This document shows, in pieces, positions 30,410-40,744 of a stretch of DNA of 64,000 nucleotides; positions within the stretch are counted from its first letter, which is position 1, and each line of letters starts with the position of its first letter. Position numbers and translations under genes: made by a program. The notes under the pieces are model-generated. The model ran no database searches and had not been told where the DNA came from. It saw nothing but the letters and a program-made list of their open reading frames with translations. The DNA comes from Candidatus Woesearchaeota archaeon (GTDB lineage Archaea > Nanobdellota > Nanobdellia > Woesearchaeales > DSVV01), in contig JAWABL010000001.1 in the NCBI GenBank assembly GCA_038884615.1, forward strand, positions 57,837 to 121,836, in the 5' to 3' direction.

Positions 30410-31048
30410 TTACTCACGCTTTGTAAGTATTTTTTCTTGTTCTCTTCGTTCTTCTTCCTTTTTTTTATCAAACTCTGTCACTTCTGACTCTGTTTTCTGA
30501 CTATCTTTCTCGTTATTTGAAACCTGTTCCCTTTTTTCTTTTGGCTTTATTGTGGCCTTTTTTTCTGTTTTTGCCTTCTGTTTTTCTTCTCTTTCGGCCT
30601 TTATTTTATTTCTGTCTTCAAGAGTACGTTTTATAAATTCTTCCGGATTTTTAATATTGAGTATTGTGATTTTTCGTGCCATCGCTTCCTTCACGAGCTC
30701 AAGCCGCTTTTTTATTCCAAGTTTTGCAGACAGTATTGCTCCGTCTCTCTCTGGGTTAAGGTTTTTTAAATCTGAAAGATTGCATATTATGTTTCTTGTA
30801 AGCCCAGACCTATCAAGTCCCCTCACTTCTGCAGGAGACTTCCAGCCTACTGATACACAACGCCTGTAACCGCGGATATTTAGCCTCATTTTGCTGTCAA
30901 CTCCGCGTGGTCGCGCCCATTTCTTCTTTACTTCTGCACGCTTGTGCGCATCCTGCTTGATAAACAGAGGTTTTCTGGCCTTTAGCCTTTTTCTATGTTC
31001 TAGCAGGTGCTGCTCTTTCTTTGTCATTTTATTTAACCGCCTTCCCAT
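30410..31048 (-). CDS. rpl32e: 50S ribosomal protein L32e with Lys/Glu-rich C-terminal extension
   Basis: 212 aa; eL32 core (ARPRGVDSKMR...GYRRCVSVG). Confidence 0.75.
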   Translation of the reverse strand: MGRRLNKMTKKEQHLLEHRKRLKARKPLFIKQDAHKRAEVKKKWARPRGVDSKMRLNIRGYRRCVSVGWKSPAEVRGLDRSGLTRNIICNLSDLKNLNPERDGAILSAKLGIKKRLELVKEAMARKITILNIKNPEEFIKRTLEDRNKIKAEREEKQKAKTEKKATIKPKEKREQVSNNEKDSQKTESEVTEFDKKKEEERREQEKILTKRE

Positions 31049-31577
31049 CTTTGTCTATTATATAAATTCCATCCTGGAATATGCGCTTATCATAATCGGC
31101 ACGTTTCATTAACAGCTCTATGGCTGATGCTGTTTGACCGCACGCCTCTTTATCTATAGATTCAAGCGTTATAATGTCTCCTTCAATCTTAACATTTACC
31201 CCCTGCTTGATTTTAAGCACTCTTGGAACTTTTTCACCTAGAAAGTTTTTAACGCTTAACTGGTTGCCTGAAAATGTTACGTTCATTGGAAAATGCCCAC
31301 TGCATATTTTAAGTTTATAATGGTGTCCTTGTGTCACTCCTTTAAACATATTTTTTATATGCGCCTTTATTGTTCCAAGCCGAGTTTTTTGTTTTTTTGT
31401 AAGTTTTTTTACAATGAAGATTATTTTGTCAGGCTCTGTCTGGACTTTTATTGTAGGGTCGTTTATTTCTCTCTCAAGTTCGCCTTTCGGACCAGAGATC
31501 CTTATTTTTGTATTAGCCAAGGTGGCTTTAACACCATGTGGCAATGCTATTGTTTCCTGATAATTTAAGATCTTCAT
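31029..31577 (-). CDS. rpl6: 50S ribosomal protein L6 (uL6)
   Basis: 182 aa two-domain uL6. Confidence 0.85.
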   Translation of the reverse strand: MKILNYQETIALPHGVKATLANTKIRISGPKGELEREINDPTIKVQTEPDKIIFIVKKLTKKQKTRLGTIKAHIKNMFKGVTQGHHYKLKICSGHFPMNVTFSGNQLSVKNFLGEKVPRVLKIKQGVNVKIEGDIITLESIDKEACGQTASAIELLMKRADYDKRIFQDGIYIIDKDGKAVK

Positions 31578-31579
31578 TT

Positions 31580-31972
31580 TTAGTAGCAGTACGCAATTAA
31601 CCTCCCGCCTGTTTTGTTTTCCTTTGCTTCATTATGAGTCATCATACCCTTTGGTGTTGAAACAATAAGTATTCCAAATCCCTTTGCCGGCAGATATCTT
31701 CTTTCAAATTTTTCAAACTCGTTTTTTGCAACTGAGTATCTTGGCTTGACAACGCCGCATTTGTTTATCTTTCCAATAAGGCTTATCTTAAGTATATTGC
31801 CTTTATGGTCTTGAATCTCAGTGTACTTACCGATATAGAGATGCTCGTTCATTATATCAAGCACCTTTTTTATCATTTTAGATGCCGGTTTTACAAGCAC
31901 CTCATTTCGACCGAGCCGCTCGGATATGAGTATCTGACTAAGAGCACCCGCCAACGAATCGTTCATGGTCAT
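31580..31972 (-). CDS. rps8: 30S ribosomal protein S8 (uS8)
   Basis: 130 aa. Confidence 0.85.
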   Translation of the reverse strand: MTMNDSLAGALSQILISERLGRNEVLVKPASKMIKKVLDIMNEHLYIGKYTEIQDHKGNILKISLIGKINKCGVVKPRYSVAKNEFEKFERRYLPAKGFGILIVSTPKGMMTHNEAKENKTGGRLIAYCY

Positions 31973-32131
31973 TTTGTCACCTGAATACCTTATATTTTTT
32001 GATACGTTTTTTATTTTATGTTATAAATTTAGGTTTTATATACTATAATTATGCTGCTTTAGCTGCGTTCGTAATGCCTTGAAACATACATATTTTTGCC
32101 TGTGTTTTTATGTATTTTACATCAACTTTTA

Positions 32132-32305
32132 TTAGTAATATTTTTTGAACCCAATTTGGGTTGCAACCTCCCTAAAACATTGCCTGCAAAAATGCAATCC
32201 ATACTTGTTTATGTGCCCCCTTATCCTTCCACATCGTCTACATCTACGCAGACTCCTTCCAGTGGTCCTTTGCTTGGGAGCATTAAACCGGATAAATTTC
32301 TTCAT
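32132..32305 (-). CDS. rps14: 30S ribosomal protein S14 type Z (uS14, zinc-binding)
   Basis: C-x2-C...C-x2-C (CRRCGR...CRQC); start moved to internal ATG (MKKFIRF) giving ~57 aa. Confidence 0.75.
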   Translation of the reverse strand: MKKFIRFNAPKQRTTGRSLRRCRRCGRIRGHINKYGLHFCRQCFREVATQIGFKKYY

Positions 32306-32373
32306 CTTTGCAGGTTTTGCCTTGAGTTGTTTCAGTGCTTTATCCCAACTGCTATAGCTCATTTTTCGTTCCT

Positions 32374-32898
32374 CTATGCTTCTTCATCTATAACAACACC
32401 AAACTCTCTTTTCATATAGTCTCGTGCTTCTTCAGATGTGATTGCGTGCCTTTGAGATATAGGCCGACGCCTTAGTCTTCTGCGTTTTATACGGAATCCT
32501 GGTCGCTCTAGCGTTACACAAACCTCAAAACCCATTATTCCAACTTCGGGATTGTACGGTACTCCGGGCACATCTATATATTCTGCAACTCCAAAACTTA
32601 CACTTCCTGTATTGTCAAACTGACTTGCTTTCAGCTTGTTGCCCTTTGATTTTAAAAGCCGTTTCAAAAGTTCTATTTTCTGACTGTTTCTTATTGTAAG
32701 TTTACAGCCTATTGGAAGGCCGGGCCTTAGCCCCCAGTTAGGTATTCTTTTTTTTGTTATAGTTTTTACTGGCTCTATTCCAGCAATATGCTTAATGAGT
32801 TTTATGCCTCTTTCAAGCTTTGCTTGGTCTTTGCCTGAACCAATATTTAGTGTTATTTTTTCAACCCGTATTTGTCTCATTACAGTCATTTTAAACAA
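32374..32898 (-). CDS. rpl5: 50S ribosomal protein L5 (uL5)
   Basis: 174 aa. Confidence 0.85.
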   Translation of the reverse strand: MFKMTVMRQIRVEKITLNIGSGKDQAKLERGIKLIKHIAGIEPVKTITKKRIPNWGLRPGLPIGCKLTIRNSQKIELLKRLLKSKGNKLKASQFDNTGSVSFGVAEYIDVPGVPYNPEVGIMGFEVCVTLERPGFRIKRRRLRRRPISQRHAITSEEARDYMKREFGVVIDEEA

Positions 32899-32932
32899 CC
32901 TTAGTATTGTTGCTGAATAACAAATTGTAAAT

Positions 32933-33610
32933 TCACCCAGTATTTATGAGCGGTTCGTCAACGCCGATTGGAAAGGCAAACGATTTTTTTGTTTCAAAAA
33001 CCGCCCCGTCCTTTTTGAAAAGCATATTGTCTTCTATTATTTCATCTACTCTACCTATTTCTCCAACATGCTTACCTCCTATGAAGAAAACAAGCACACC
33101 CTTCTTAAGAGGGATGTGCTCGACAATTTTGTTGTTTTCTATAACAACTGCGTCTCCTGTTTTGTATTCATCTTTATCAACAAGTATATTTCGTCCATTG
33201 ATTAAATTTAACTGAGTTTTTCCGCCCCTCACAGACTTCTTATTCATTATTTTGCATATTAATGCATGTGTTTTATCTTTTATCTCAACCAAAATAAGTC
33301 TTCCTGATTTGTCTAGCAGAACACGGAATGATTTATTTAACTCCCTAAATGTTATTACATCCATAAGTCCAACCGCCTGTTTTATTTCTTTGCATTGTTT
33401 GCCATTTATTAGAACAGTCTTGTTGTTTAGGATATAACTTGCTTCTCTGGCTGTTTTTGCAAAGCCAAGAATGTCTCTTATGACAATACCTATTGGTAAT
33501 GAGTTTTCAAGCTTGCCCCCACCTGGATACGGACGAATAGCATATTTTAGTGCCTTGCGTTTTATGTCCCATGAAGCCGGCGCAGCAATGCGCTTTAGAT
33601 GCCTCTTCAT
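32933..33610 (-). CDS. rps4e: 30S ribosomal protein S4e
   Basis: 225 aa, eS4 N-terminus MKRHLKRIAAPASW. Confidence 0.85.
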   Translation of the reverse strand: MKRHLKRIAAPASWDIKRKALKYAIRPYPGGGKLENSLPIGIVIRDILGFAKTAREASYILNNKTVLINGKQCKEIKQAVGLMDVITFRELNKSFRVLLDKSGRLILVEIKDKTHALICKIMNKKSVRGGKTQLNLINGRNILVDKDEYKTGDAVVIENNKIVEHIPLKKGVLVFFIGGKHVGEIGRVDEIIEDNMLFKKDGAVFETKKSFAFPIGVDEPLINTG

Positions 33611-34020
33611 TTTGTAACCCTCATTTTGGTATTGTCTGCCTTTGCGAATTTATCGAGTTTTAGTACTCGCTTTTTATCATCTAGATTTAACTCGATGACC
33701 ATTAGATTTGATGGGTGAATAGGATAAAATGTTTTTGAGCCATCTTTTTTTACTTGATCTATGTTTTCTATATAAACGCGACAGTTTTTTATATCGACCC
33801 GCTGAACACGCCCTTCGCGTTTTCTGAACTGGCCGCGCATTACTCTCACTTTATCTCCTTTTCTTACCCTAATCGCGCGGGTACCATATTTCTTTCTAAG
33901 CTCCTTTGAAAGATGACTGTGCAAAAATTTGCCTTTTATGTGAAGCGGTGCATTGTACCTATATTTCCTCTGTTTCCTCGGCTTTTTGCTTTGCTTCCAC
34001 TTTGTTGAAAACTGTTTCAT
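33607..34020 (-). CDS. rpl24: 50S ribosomal protein L24 (uL24)
   Basis: KOW motif (KGDKVRVMRGQFRKREG); start moved to internal ATG (MKQFSTKW) to abut rpl14. Confidence 0.75.
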   Translation of the reverse strand: MKQFSTKWKQSKKPRKQRKYRYNAPLHIKGKFLHSHLSKELRKKYGTRAIRVRKGDKVRVMRGQFRKREGRVQRVDIKNCRVYIENIDQVKKDGSKTFYPIHPSNLMVIELNLDDKKRVLKLDKFAKADNTKMRVTK

Positions 34021-34025
34021 AGTAC

Positions 34026-34427
34026 TCACACAATTATGCTCGCGACCTTTGCTACTGCAGGCCATCTCTCACATACCTCTTTCGCGATCGCGCCCTTAAA
34101 GATAGTTCCCTGTGGGTTACCTTTTTCATCTTTTAGTATTATTGCTGCATTGTCTTCGAATTTTATCCTTGTTCCGTCTGGCCTGCGATACTCCTTCTTC
34201 TGCCTAACTATTAGAGCATAAACAACCTTTTTTCTCATGTCAGGTCTGCCCTTCTTTACAGACACCATGACAAGGTCTCCAACGCCGGCTGACGCCACTC
34301 TGCCTTTTCTGGTTTTCAGCCCAACAACAGTGAATAGCTTTACAATCTTCGCTCCGCTGTTGTCGCATGTTTCAATTTCTGCTCCAAGTGGGAGCGCCTT
34401 TGTTACCCTTGCCTTCACAGCCTGCAA
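34026..34427 (-). CDS. rpl14: 50S ribosomal protein L14 (uL14)
   Basis: 133 aa. Confidence 0.85.
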   Translation of the reverse strand: MQAVKARVTKALPLGAEIETCDNSGAKIVKLFTVVGLKTRKGRVASAGVGDLVMVSVKKGRPDMRKKVVYALIVRQKKEYRRPDGTRIKFEDNAAIILKDEKGNPQGTIFKGAIAKEVCERWPAVAKVASIIV

Positions 34428-34428
34428 A

Positions 34429-34770
34429 TTAAACCACCTGACTCTGTTGTATCACTTGAACTATCACAAAATTTTTGCATTTTGAAAGTTTTCTAGACTC
34501 CATTATTTTTACATAGTCACCTTCTTTTGCTCCGATACATGAAGGGTTATGTGCCATAACTCGTGTGCGTTTTTTCTCAAACCGCTCATATTTTGATACG
34601 TATCTTGGGAATACCCATTCCACTACTGCAGTTCTACCAAGCGTGCATCTAATTATCTTGCCAAATTGAGTACGCCCGCGGAGTTTTATTTCACCGTGAA
34701 ACGGACATTTTTTATCGTTCTGACACGCTTTTTCTGGAACAACCAGTTTTGTAATTGTGTTTAATGCCAT
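34429..34770 (-). CDS. rps17: 30S ribosomal protein S17 (uS17)
   Basis: 113 aa OB-fold. Confidence 0.8.
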   Translation of the reverse strand: MALNTITKLVVPEKACQNDKKCPFHGEIKLRGRTQFGKIIRCTLGRTAVVEWVFPRYVSKYERFEKKRTRVMAHNPSCIGAKEGDYVKIMESRKLSKCKNFVIVQVIQQSQVV

Positions 34771-34784
34771 TTCTAACCCCTAAT

Positions 34785-35054
34785 CTAAATTCTCATGTTT
34801 ATTCTGTCTTCCGGCCTTTTTGCGAGTTTATTTCCTTCGATGTTGTATTTTTTTCCGTTAACTTCCACCCTCATAACAACGGAGTTCTTAAGCAATCTTA
34901 GCACTCTGCCATTGACCTCAACCAAAAACGAGTTTTTTGTTTCGTCTATTATTTTGCCGCAGCTCCCAATCAACCTTTTGTTTGCAGAGTGAACAAACAC
35001 TACATTCATACCTATAAGCTGCTTTCTTTTTGCAGTGTTGGTGTCCATATTCAC
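34785..35054 (-). CDS. rnp1: RNase P protein component 1 (Rpp29/Pop4)
   Basis: 89 aa Sm-like fold; conserved position between SUI1 and rps17 in the archaeal ribosomal-protein cluster. Confidence 0.7.
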   Translation of the reverse strand: MNMDTNTAKRKQLIGMNVVFVHSANKRLIGSCGKIIDETKNSFLVEVNGRVLRLLKNSVVMRVEVNGKKYNIEGNKLAKRPEDRINMRI

Positions 35055-35359
35055 TCAACATCTATGGTCTCTGGAGCAAAGCCGGCTTTGACAAGAGCAT
35101 CCCTAACCGTCTGTTTGTGGTTTCCTTGAAGCTCTATTTTACCGTCTTTGTATGTACCACCGCACGCAAGCTTTGATTTGAGCTTCTTGGTAATCTCTTT
35201 GAGGTCGATATTTTTATCAACGACCCCCTCAACCACGGTGTAGACCTTGCCAAATTTCTTCTTCTCTACATAAACCCTGATTTTCTGCATTTCTTTGGCA
35301 ATAGTCTCACAAACGCAGAGCTCTTTTGGCAGCCCGCATTTTGAGCAAATCTCGCTCAT
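35051..35359 (-). CDS. translation initiation factor SUI1 (aSUI1/eIF1)
   Basis: 102 aa; SUI1 fold motifs (KIRVYVEKKKFGKVYT...ELQGNH). Confidence 0.8.
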   Translation of the reverse strand: MSEICSKCGLPKELCVCETIAKEMQKIRVYVEKKKFGKVYTVVEGVVDKNIDLKEITKKLKSKLACGGTYKDGKIELQGNHKQTVRDALVKAGFAPETIDVE

Positions 35360-35562
35360 GCTTTTTTTACATCCTCCTTCTTAGTTTTTGCAAGGGTTTT
35401 CAGCCTTGCTATGTTCCTTCTGGCACGACGGATCTGACCAGGATTTTTTATTTGAGTATGCATTGCGACTTGTGCATTAATCTTGATAAGCTCTTTTCTG
35501 AGCTCTGTTTCTCGCTCTATTATATCTGCTTGGCGCAGATTCCTAAGCTCTGTTTTCTTCAT
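35356..35562 (-). CDS. rpl29: 50S ribosomal protein L29 (uL29)
   Basis: start moved to internal ATG (MKKTELRNL) giving ~68 aa and a 20-nt overlap with rps3 rather than 149 nt. Confidence 0.7.
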   Translation of the reverse strand: MKKTELRNLRQADIIERETELRKELIKINAQVAMHTQIKNPGQIRRARRNIARLKTLAKTKKEDVKKA

Positions 35563-36283
35563 TTTGCTGCTCGGTCTCCTTATTTTCCTTCTGTTGTGCT
35601 GGTGGTTGCGACTTTTTTCTTTGGCGCTTCTTCTTTGCCGGTTCTTCCTCCTTTTCTTCTGTTTGCTCAACAACCATAGGTGGTATTTCATCTGTAACTT
35701 TCATATCGTCCGGAAGCTTAACATCCCCTGTCATTATCCGCACTTGGATACCGATTGTTCCAGTCTTGAGCAGTGCTTGTGCATACGCAGTTTTTACTTG
35801 AGTTACCGCAACATCTCCGCATTTTTTTAGATATCCCTGATAAAACCTCCATCTTTTTGCTCTTGAACTTGGAACCTTTCCTGATATTATTATTTCAACA
35901 CCGCGCGCCCCTGCACCCATCACATCCTCCATTGTTTTATGGCCAATACCTTTAAACCTGTTAACGCCAAACCGTTCAAGTGTGTTTGCAATACGCTCTG
36001 CAACTATTTTAGGATCAAGGTTGGGATTACTTACCTCCCCAATTTCTATTTGTGGATTTTCAAGATTGAATTTTTTCTTTAGTGTATTTGTAAGTTTTCT
36101 TATGTACTGTCCTTTCTTTCCTACGACAAGACCTGGCCTTGAAGCATAAACAACTATTTTTTCGCCGAGCGGTGTCATTTGAAGCTTTACGCTACTAAGT
36201 CCGACACCTTTAAGGTTTTGCGATACAAACTCCTCTACCTCAAACTGCTTTATTTTTTGGTCTAGTATTTTTTGTTGTATCAT
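35543..36283 (-). CDS. rps3: 30S ribosomal protein S3 (uS3) with Lys/Glu-rich C-terminal tail
   Basis: 246 aa KH domain + uS3 C-terminal domain. Confidence 0.85.
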   Translation of the reverse strand: MIQQKILDQKIKQFEVEEFVSQNLKGVGLSSVKLQMTPLGEKIVVYASRPGLVVGKKGQYIRKLTNTLKKKFNLENPQIEIGEVSNPNLDPKIVAERIANTLERFGVNRFKGIGHKTMEDVMGAGARGVEIIISGKVPSSRAKRWRFYQGYLKKCGDVAVTQVKTAYAQALLKTGTIGIQVRIMTGDVKLPDDMKVTDEIPPMVVEQTEEKEEEPAKKKRQRKKSQPPAQQKENKETEQQNEENRA

Positions 36284-36315
36284 TTGTGTTCACTTATTGA
36301 TTTTTGATTTTGTTT

Positions 36316-36810
36316 TCAACCTGTTGAGAGGGGTTTCCTGTTTTTTGATCTTTCTTTTTTTCGTTGCTCTGATTTTACTGCAGACTCCTCGACAACAATT
36401 TGTATGTGTGTTCTTTTCATCCTGCGTCGCCTCTGCCGCCCATAATGCCATGGACGCGTGGCTTTGTTTGCGCTTATATGTTTTATAACCAGGTTCTCTA
36501 TGCTAAGCCCTTTCATTTGCGCATTTGCCTCACAGGAAGATATAATTTTTAATATTTCCCTACACGCCTTTACGGGGTATCTGCCAGGCCCCATCCCAGT
36601 CCTGTGACCGATATTGTGTTTATAGCGCTTGAACGGCACAGCCTCTTTCATTTCAATAACATTTCGCAAGATGGTTTTTGCCTTTCCAAGCTGCAAGTTT
36701 CTTATGCGCCTGCATATCTCGACCGCTTGTTTTGTTGATATCGGCAACGACACTCCGCATGCACGCGCCATGGTTTCTTTTTTGTAGCTTGAAAATGAGT
36801 ATCCCACCAC
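36316..36810 (-). CDS. rpl22: 50S ribosomal protein L22 (uL22)
   Basis: 164 aa. Confidence 0.85.
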   Translation of the reverse strand: MVGYSFSSYKKETMARACGVSLPISTKQAVEICRRIRNLQLGKAKTILRNVIEMKEAVPFKRYKHNIGHRTGMGPGRYPVKACREILKIISSCEANAQMKGLSIENLVIKHISANKATRPWHYGRQRRRRMKRTHIQIVVEESAVKSEQRKKERSKNRKPLSTG

Positions 36811-37191
36811 TTATCTCACCGATACACTTGCGCTAGATTTTGTGGCTCCAACGCCTGGTGCATTGTGCGCAACCTTTTTTCTTGTCAGTACAAACTCTCC
36901 AAGATAATGCCCTATCATCTCTTCTGTTATTGTCACCGGAACGAACTCTTTTCCATTATGCACCCGTATAATTTTTCCAACGAAAGATGGCAAAATGACC
37001 ATGTCTCTACAATGCGTCTTGACATTGTTTTTTGATAATATATTTGTTAAAAATCTTTTTTCCATTTCTGTAAACCCTCTTTTTATGCTTCTCCTTTGTC
37101 TTGCTGGAAGAAGCCTCGCAAAATCATCTATGCTCATCTGTTGCAACTCGCTAAGCGTTCTGCCCCTGTACAAAAATTCTTTTTTGCTCAT
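36811..37191 (-). CDS. rps19: 30S ribosomal protein S19 (uS19)
   Basis: 126 aa. Confidence 0.85.
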   Translation of the reverse strand: MSKKEFLYRGRTLSELQQMSIDDFARLLPARQRRSIKRGFTEMEKRFLTNILSKNNVKTHCRDMVILPSFVGKIIRVHNGKEFVPVTITEEMIGHYLGEFVLTRKKVAHNAPGVGATKSSASVSVR

Positions 37192-37201
37192 TACGCATCA
37201 A

Positions 37202-37945
37202 CTACTCCTTTAAAAATTGGATTCTTGCCCCCTTTCTCCTTCCTGTCCTTCTAGGACGCAGCAAGCCGACCTTTGCTCCGGACGGGGCGTTGCGCCTTGC
37301 TATTGTTGGTTTTCCCTTTTTGCTGCTTCTTGAGCCGCCATGTGGATGGTCAACCGCGTTCATTGATTGCCCCGAGACGCGCGGATAGAGCTTGTTTTTT
37401 GATCTCATTTTATGATACTTTTTTCCGGCTTTGACAAATGGTTTTTCCGTTCTTCCGCTCCCTGCTACAACACCAATCATCGCTCTGCACAACGGATTGA
37501 ATACTCTTTCTTTTTTTGAAGGTAAAAGTACAATTACCCTATCATTAAAATGTGCAACGACTTTAGCGGCAGTTCCGCCTGCACGCACAAACTTGCCTCC
37601 ATCACCCGGCTGGCTCTCAATATTATATATACTGGTCCCTTCAGGGATGTCTCTAAGCATTAAGATGTTACCTTTTGCTATCTCATTTGTCCCAAAAAAT
37701 AACACATCGTTTACTTTCATTCCTTCACCGGCTATTAAATGCCCAGTTTCTCTATCTTCATATTCTACAAACATAAGAGGGCTTGTGTGTGCAGGACAAT
37801 GAACAATGTCCTTTACAACACCTTTTTTTGGTGAGTTTTTTAAATCAAAGCTTGGAAACTTTGCCGCACCTTTGAACCTAAAACTTGGTGAGCGATATGT
37901 TGTGCTTCCTTTCCCTCTCCGTTGTGAAATCAGGTTTTTACCCAT
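37202..37945 (-). CDS. rpl2: 50S ribosomal protein L2 (uL2)
   Basis: 247 aa, conserved GGG..K and His motifs. Confidence 0.9.
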   Translation of the reverse strand: MGKNLISQRRGKGSTTYRSPSFRFKGAAKFPSFDLKNSPKKGVVKDIVHCPAHTSPLMFVEYEDRETGHLIAGEGMKVNDVLFFGTNEIAKGNILMLRDIPEGTSIYNIESQPGDGGKFVRAGGTAAKVVAHFNDRVIVLLPSKKERVFNPLCRAMIGVVAGSGRTEKPFVKAGKKYHKMRSKNKLYPRVSGQSMNAVDHPHGGSRSSKKGKPTIARRNAPSGAKVGLLRPRRTGRRKGARIQFLKE

Positions 37946-37957
37946 TTTATATCAAAG

Positions 37958-38218
37958 TTATATCAAACCAAGCTTTGTCGCTAAGTCTATTGCAGGGGTT
38001 TCTGCTGAAAACTTTAAAACCGCCCGCTTCTTTCCGTCGCTTGTATTTTGCAGATTGACTTTTATTATTTTCACTCCAAAAGCTTTTTCAAACGAATCTA
38101 CTACATCCTTCTTTGTAGACTTTTTATCTACGACAAAAACAAGCTTGTTTTCTGATTCCATCATTCGTATTGCTTTTTCTGTCGAGCACGGATATTTTAT
38201 AACCCTGAATGGTTCCAT
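37958..38218 (-). CDS. rpl23: 50S ribosomal protein L23 (uL23)
   Basis: 86 aa. Confidence 0.85.
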   Translation of the reverse strand: MEPFRVIKYPCSTEKAIRMMESENKLVFVVDKKSTKKDVVDSFEKAFGVKIIKVNLQNTSDGKKRAVLKFSAETPAIDLATKLGLI

Positions 38219-38223
38219 GATAA

Positions 38224-39153
38224 CTACTCTCCCTTTCTTTTTGTTTTTTGACTTACATTTCTTTTTGGAGTTTCTTTATTGACCGTGATATCTTGGTTTT
38301 TGTGTCTGTTTTTTTCTGGGTTTGCAACGCCTTCTTTTTTTTGTCGTTCAAAGTAAAGATTTTCTTTTTTGAGACGTTCTATGGCCTTGTCTGTGAATAT
38401 TGTAAGCCTTCCGGGGTTTATATCGTGCGAAAGCCTATACGCATTAAGGTTGTCAACTGTTACAACTTCAACGCCCGGCAGATTTTTTGCTGCCGATATC
38501 ATACTGCATTTTTCTGATACAACAAAAAGCGGCCCTTTTTTCATTTTGTATTTTCTGCCGCGCATTGTGCCTTTCCCTGCTCGAATCTTTATATTCTCTG
38601 TCCGTAAAAGCTCGTTCTTGAGCCCAATCTTAATGCAAAAACTCTTAAACTCTTTAGTGGCGCCTATCGTTTCTGCTTTATAGTCTATTGCAAAAGGATA
38701 GTTTTCCGGGACATGGTGGCCGTTCTTTGCCACAAGCCCGCGGTCTAGTGTTGCGTTTAAGGCAGAGCGTATTGCTTTTCTTCGCTCCTTTGCATTTATC
38801 TTTCTGGTCCATATTTTTTCTGCTTTCGGCGGATGTGCTTGACGCCCCTTAACCGTGCCTGGAGCAAACGCTCCCTGCCAGTTCATCCTTGTGCCTCTCC
38901 GCGACATTATTTTTCTTGGGACTCTTGAAATTCCGTACCCATATGCACCCTTATAGTCGCGCCGCCTTCTTGAGAGTTTTGCAGACGCTCTTTTGCCTGC
39001 TAAAGGATCTGCTCCATATGGCTGGCGAAGATTTGATTTTATTGTCAGGACCGCGCGCCTTATAAGGTCTGGTCTAAAAGGTTCATTAAACTGCGCCGGT
39101 AATTCTATTTCGGCGATTTTTTTCGTTTCTTCGTTTATTAGTGGAATCTTCAT
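38224..39153 (-). CDS. rpl4: 50S ribosomal protein L4 (uL4) with basic C-terminal extension
   Basis: 309 aa. Confidence 0.85.
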   Translation of the reverse strand: MKIPLINEETKKIAEIELPAQFNEPFRPDLIRRAVLTIKSNLRQPYGADPLAGKRASAKLSRRRRDYKGAYGYGISRVPRKIMSRRGTRMNWQGAFAPGTVKGRQAHPPKAEKIWTRKINAKERRKAIRSALNATLDRGLVAKNGHHVPENYPFAIDYKAETIGATKEFKSFCIKIGLKNELLRTENIKIRAGKGTMRGRKYKMKKGPLFVVSEKCSMISAAKNLPGVEVVTVDNLNAYRLSHDINPGRLTIFTDKAIERLKKENLYFERQKKEGVANPEKNRHKNQDITVNKETPKRNVSQKTKRKGE

Positions 39154-39161
39154 TTTCTATA

Positions 39162-40136
39162 TTATTTTTTTATATTGTAGACATATTCTATTGTTGGTGA
39201 AACATCTGTGCCGGCCGCTTTTTGTGGTCTTATTGAGTAGCATAGCCTTACAAGTCTTTTTGCCGGACCCTGAACAGAACCTTTTACGAATAAATAAGGA
39301 TTTCTAATTTTGCCATAATGCAAAAAACCACCTTCTCTGTTAATTTCGTCTGGTTTGTCTCCAATTTTAAGCAACTGCTTGTTATATTCTGTTCGTGTGT
39401 GATATCCCATCTGTCCGGCATGGGCAACACGATACATTATATGTCCTTGAGCATTCCACGCACCAAGTGAGCCTGGTCCGCGCTTTGTTTTTTCAGCTTT
39501 GTGCGAACGAATTTGAACACCAAATCGCTTCACCGGACCCTGAAAACCTTTCCCTTTGGTGACGGCATGCACATCGACCAACATCCCTTCCTTAAAAATA
39601 TCCTTCACATGAATTTCCTTGCCCAAATTTTCCTGCGCATATTTAAGTTTTGTATCAAGCTTTCCGCCAATTTGAAGTTCAAACATATCGGGTTTCTTTT
39701 TCCCAACCCCCGTAAGCCTTGGTTGTGTATAGACATTAATTCGGATGTCATCATAATCTTCTGGCACAAACTTCACATCATGTTGTTTTTTTGGTAAAAC
39801 AACCTTCCTTGAAAGCTCCTTATCTGGCTTTGCAACGACCTCTTTTAATAGTTTAAAACCGTCCGCCGTTTTTTTGTAAAACCTTATTGAAAATATCTTT
39901 AAAGGAGGACATTCAATAATTGTCACAGGTATGCTTATTTCCTCGCCTTTAGTTTTTGAAAATTTTCTATTATCAATACACATAACATGCGTCATGCCTA
40001 CTTTGTAGCCTGCAAATCCAAGAGGAATGGCCTTGTCAACTGTTGCATAGTGTCTTACCTTTGGGTATTCTCGTTTGGCGCGTTTTCTTGGCCAATATTG
40101 CATGCTTCCATGTCTTGGTCTTTTTACATTCGGCAT
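39162..40136 (-). CDS. rpl3: 50S ribosomal protein L3 (uL3)
   Basis: 324 aa; first gene of the ribosomal-protein super-operon. Confidence 0.9.
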   Translation of the reverse strand: MPNVKRPRHGSMQYWPRKRAKREYPKVRHYATVDKAIPLGFAGYKVGMTHVMCIDNRKFSKTKGEEISIPVTIIECPPLKIFSIRFYKKTADGFKLLKEVVAKPDKELSRKVVLPKKQHDVKFVPEDYDDIRINVYTQPRLTGVGKKKPDMFELQIGGKLDTKLKYAQENLGKEIHVKDIFKEGMLVDVHAVTKGKGFQGPVKRFGVQIRSHKAEKTKRGPGSLGAWNAQGHIMYRVAHAGQMGYHTRTEYNKQLLKIGDKPDEINREGGFLHYGKIRNPYLFVKGSVQGPAKRLVRLCYSIRPQKAAGTDVSPTIEYVYNIKK

Positions 40137-40744
40137 TTTTTATAACATCTCTCTTTGGGTTGTTTTCTTAAGCACGTTTGCAGTGCGTTAGTTCTGCACT
40201 CATGTTTTTATACACTCTATAAGCTTTTTATATATACACACTTTACTTTTTGTGGCCATTATTATAGCCATTATAATATGAAGGTCAATATGAAATTTTA
40301 TTATTGCTATTTGTTATTGCCATCATTGCCAGAAACCAACCAATACCGCCTGCCCAGTATCAAAGAATTCCTAAACTTTGTACTGAAAATATTTATTTTC
40401 AGGCGCAGTTTAGTTTTTGGCTATTGTACAGAACCATTAGCTAGTATCAACTTAAATGTAATGGTTCATTGGCACATAAGACTACACTTTTTTGTGCCTT
40501 TCATTGCAAGATTTAAAGGGGATTTATAAATCTTGCTGTTTTTTATGAATATTGTGAAAGTTATATTTCATTTTAGATTTTTTTGAATTTTTTATTTTCC
40601 TTTTATTTTCCATATAATCTAGTAATTTAGTATAATTTATTAGTATAAACAAAACAAAAAAAGGTTTCATCCAAAAAAACAATAAATCGATAGATTTAAA
40701 TATATGTTATATGTTTTTTGATTAAAATTTAGGGGGTGAAATAA

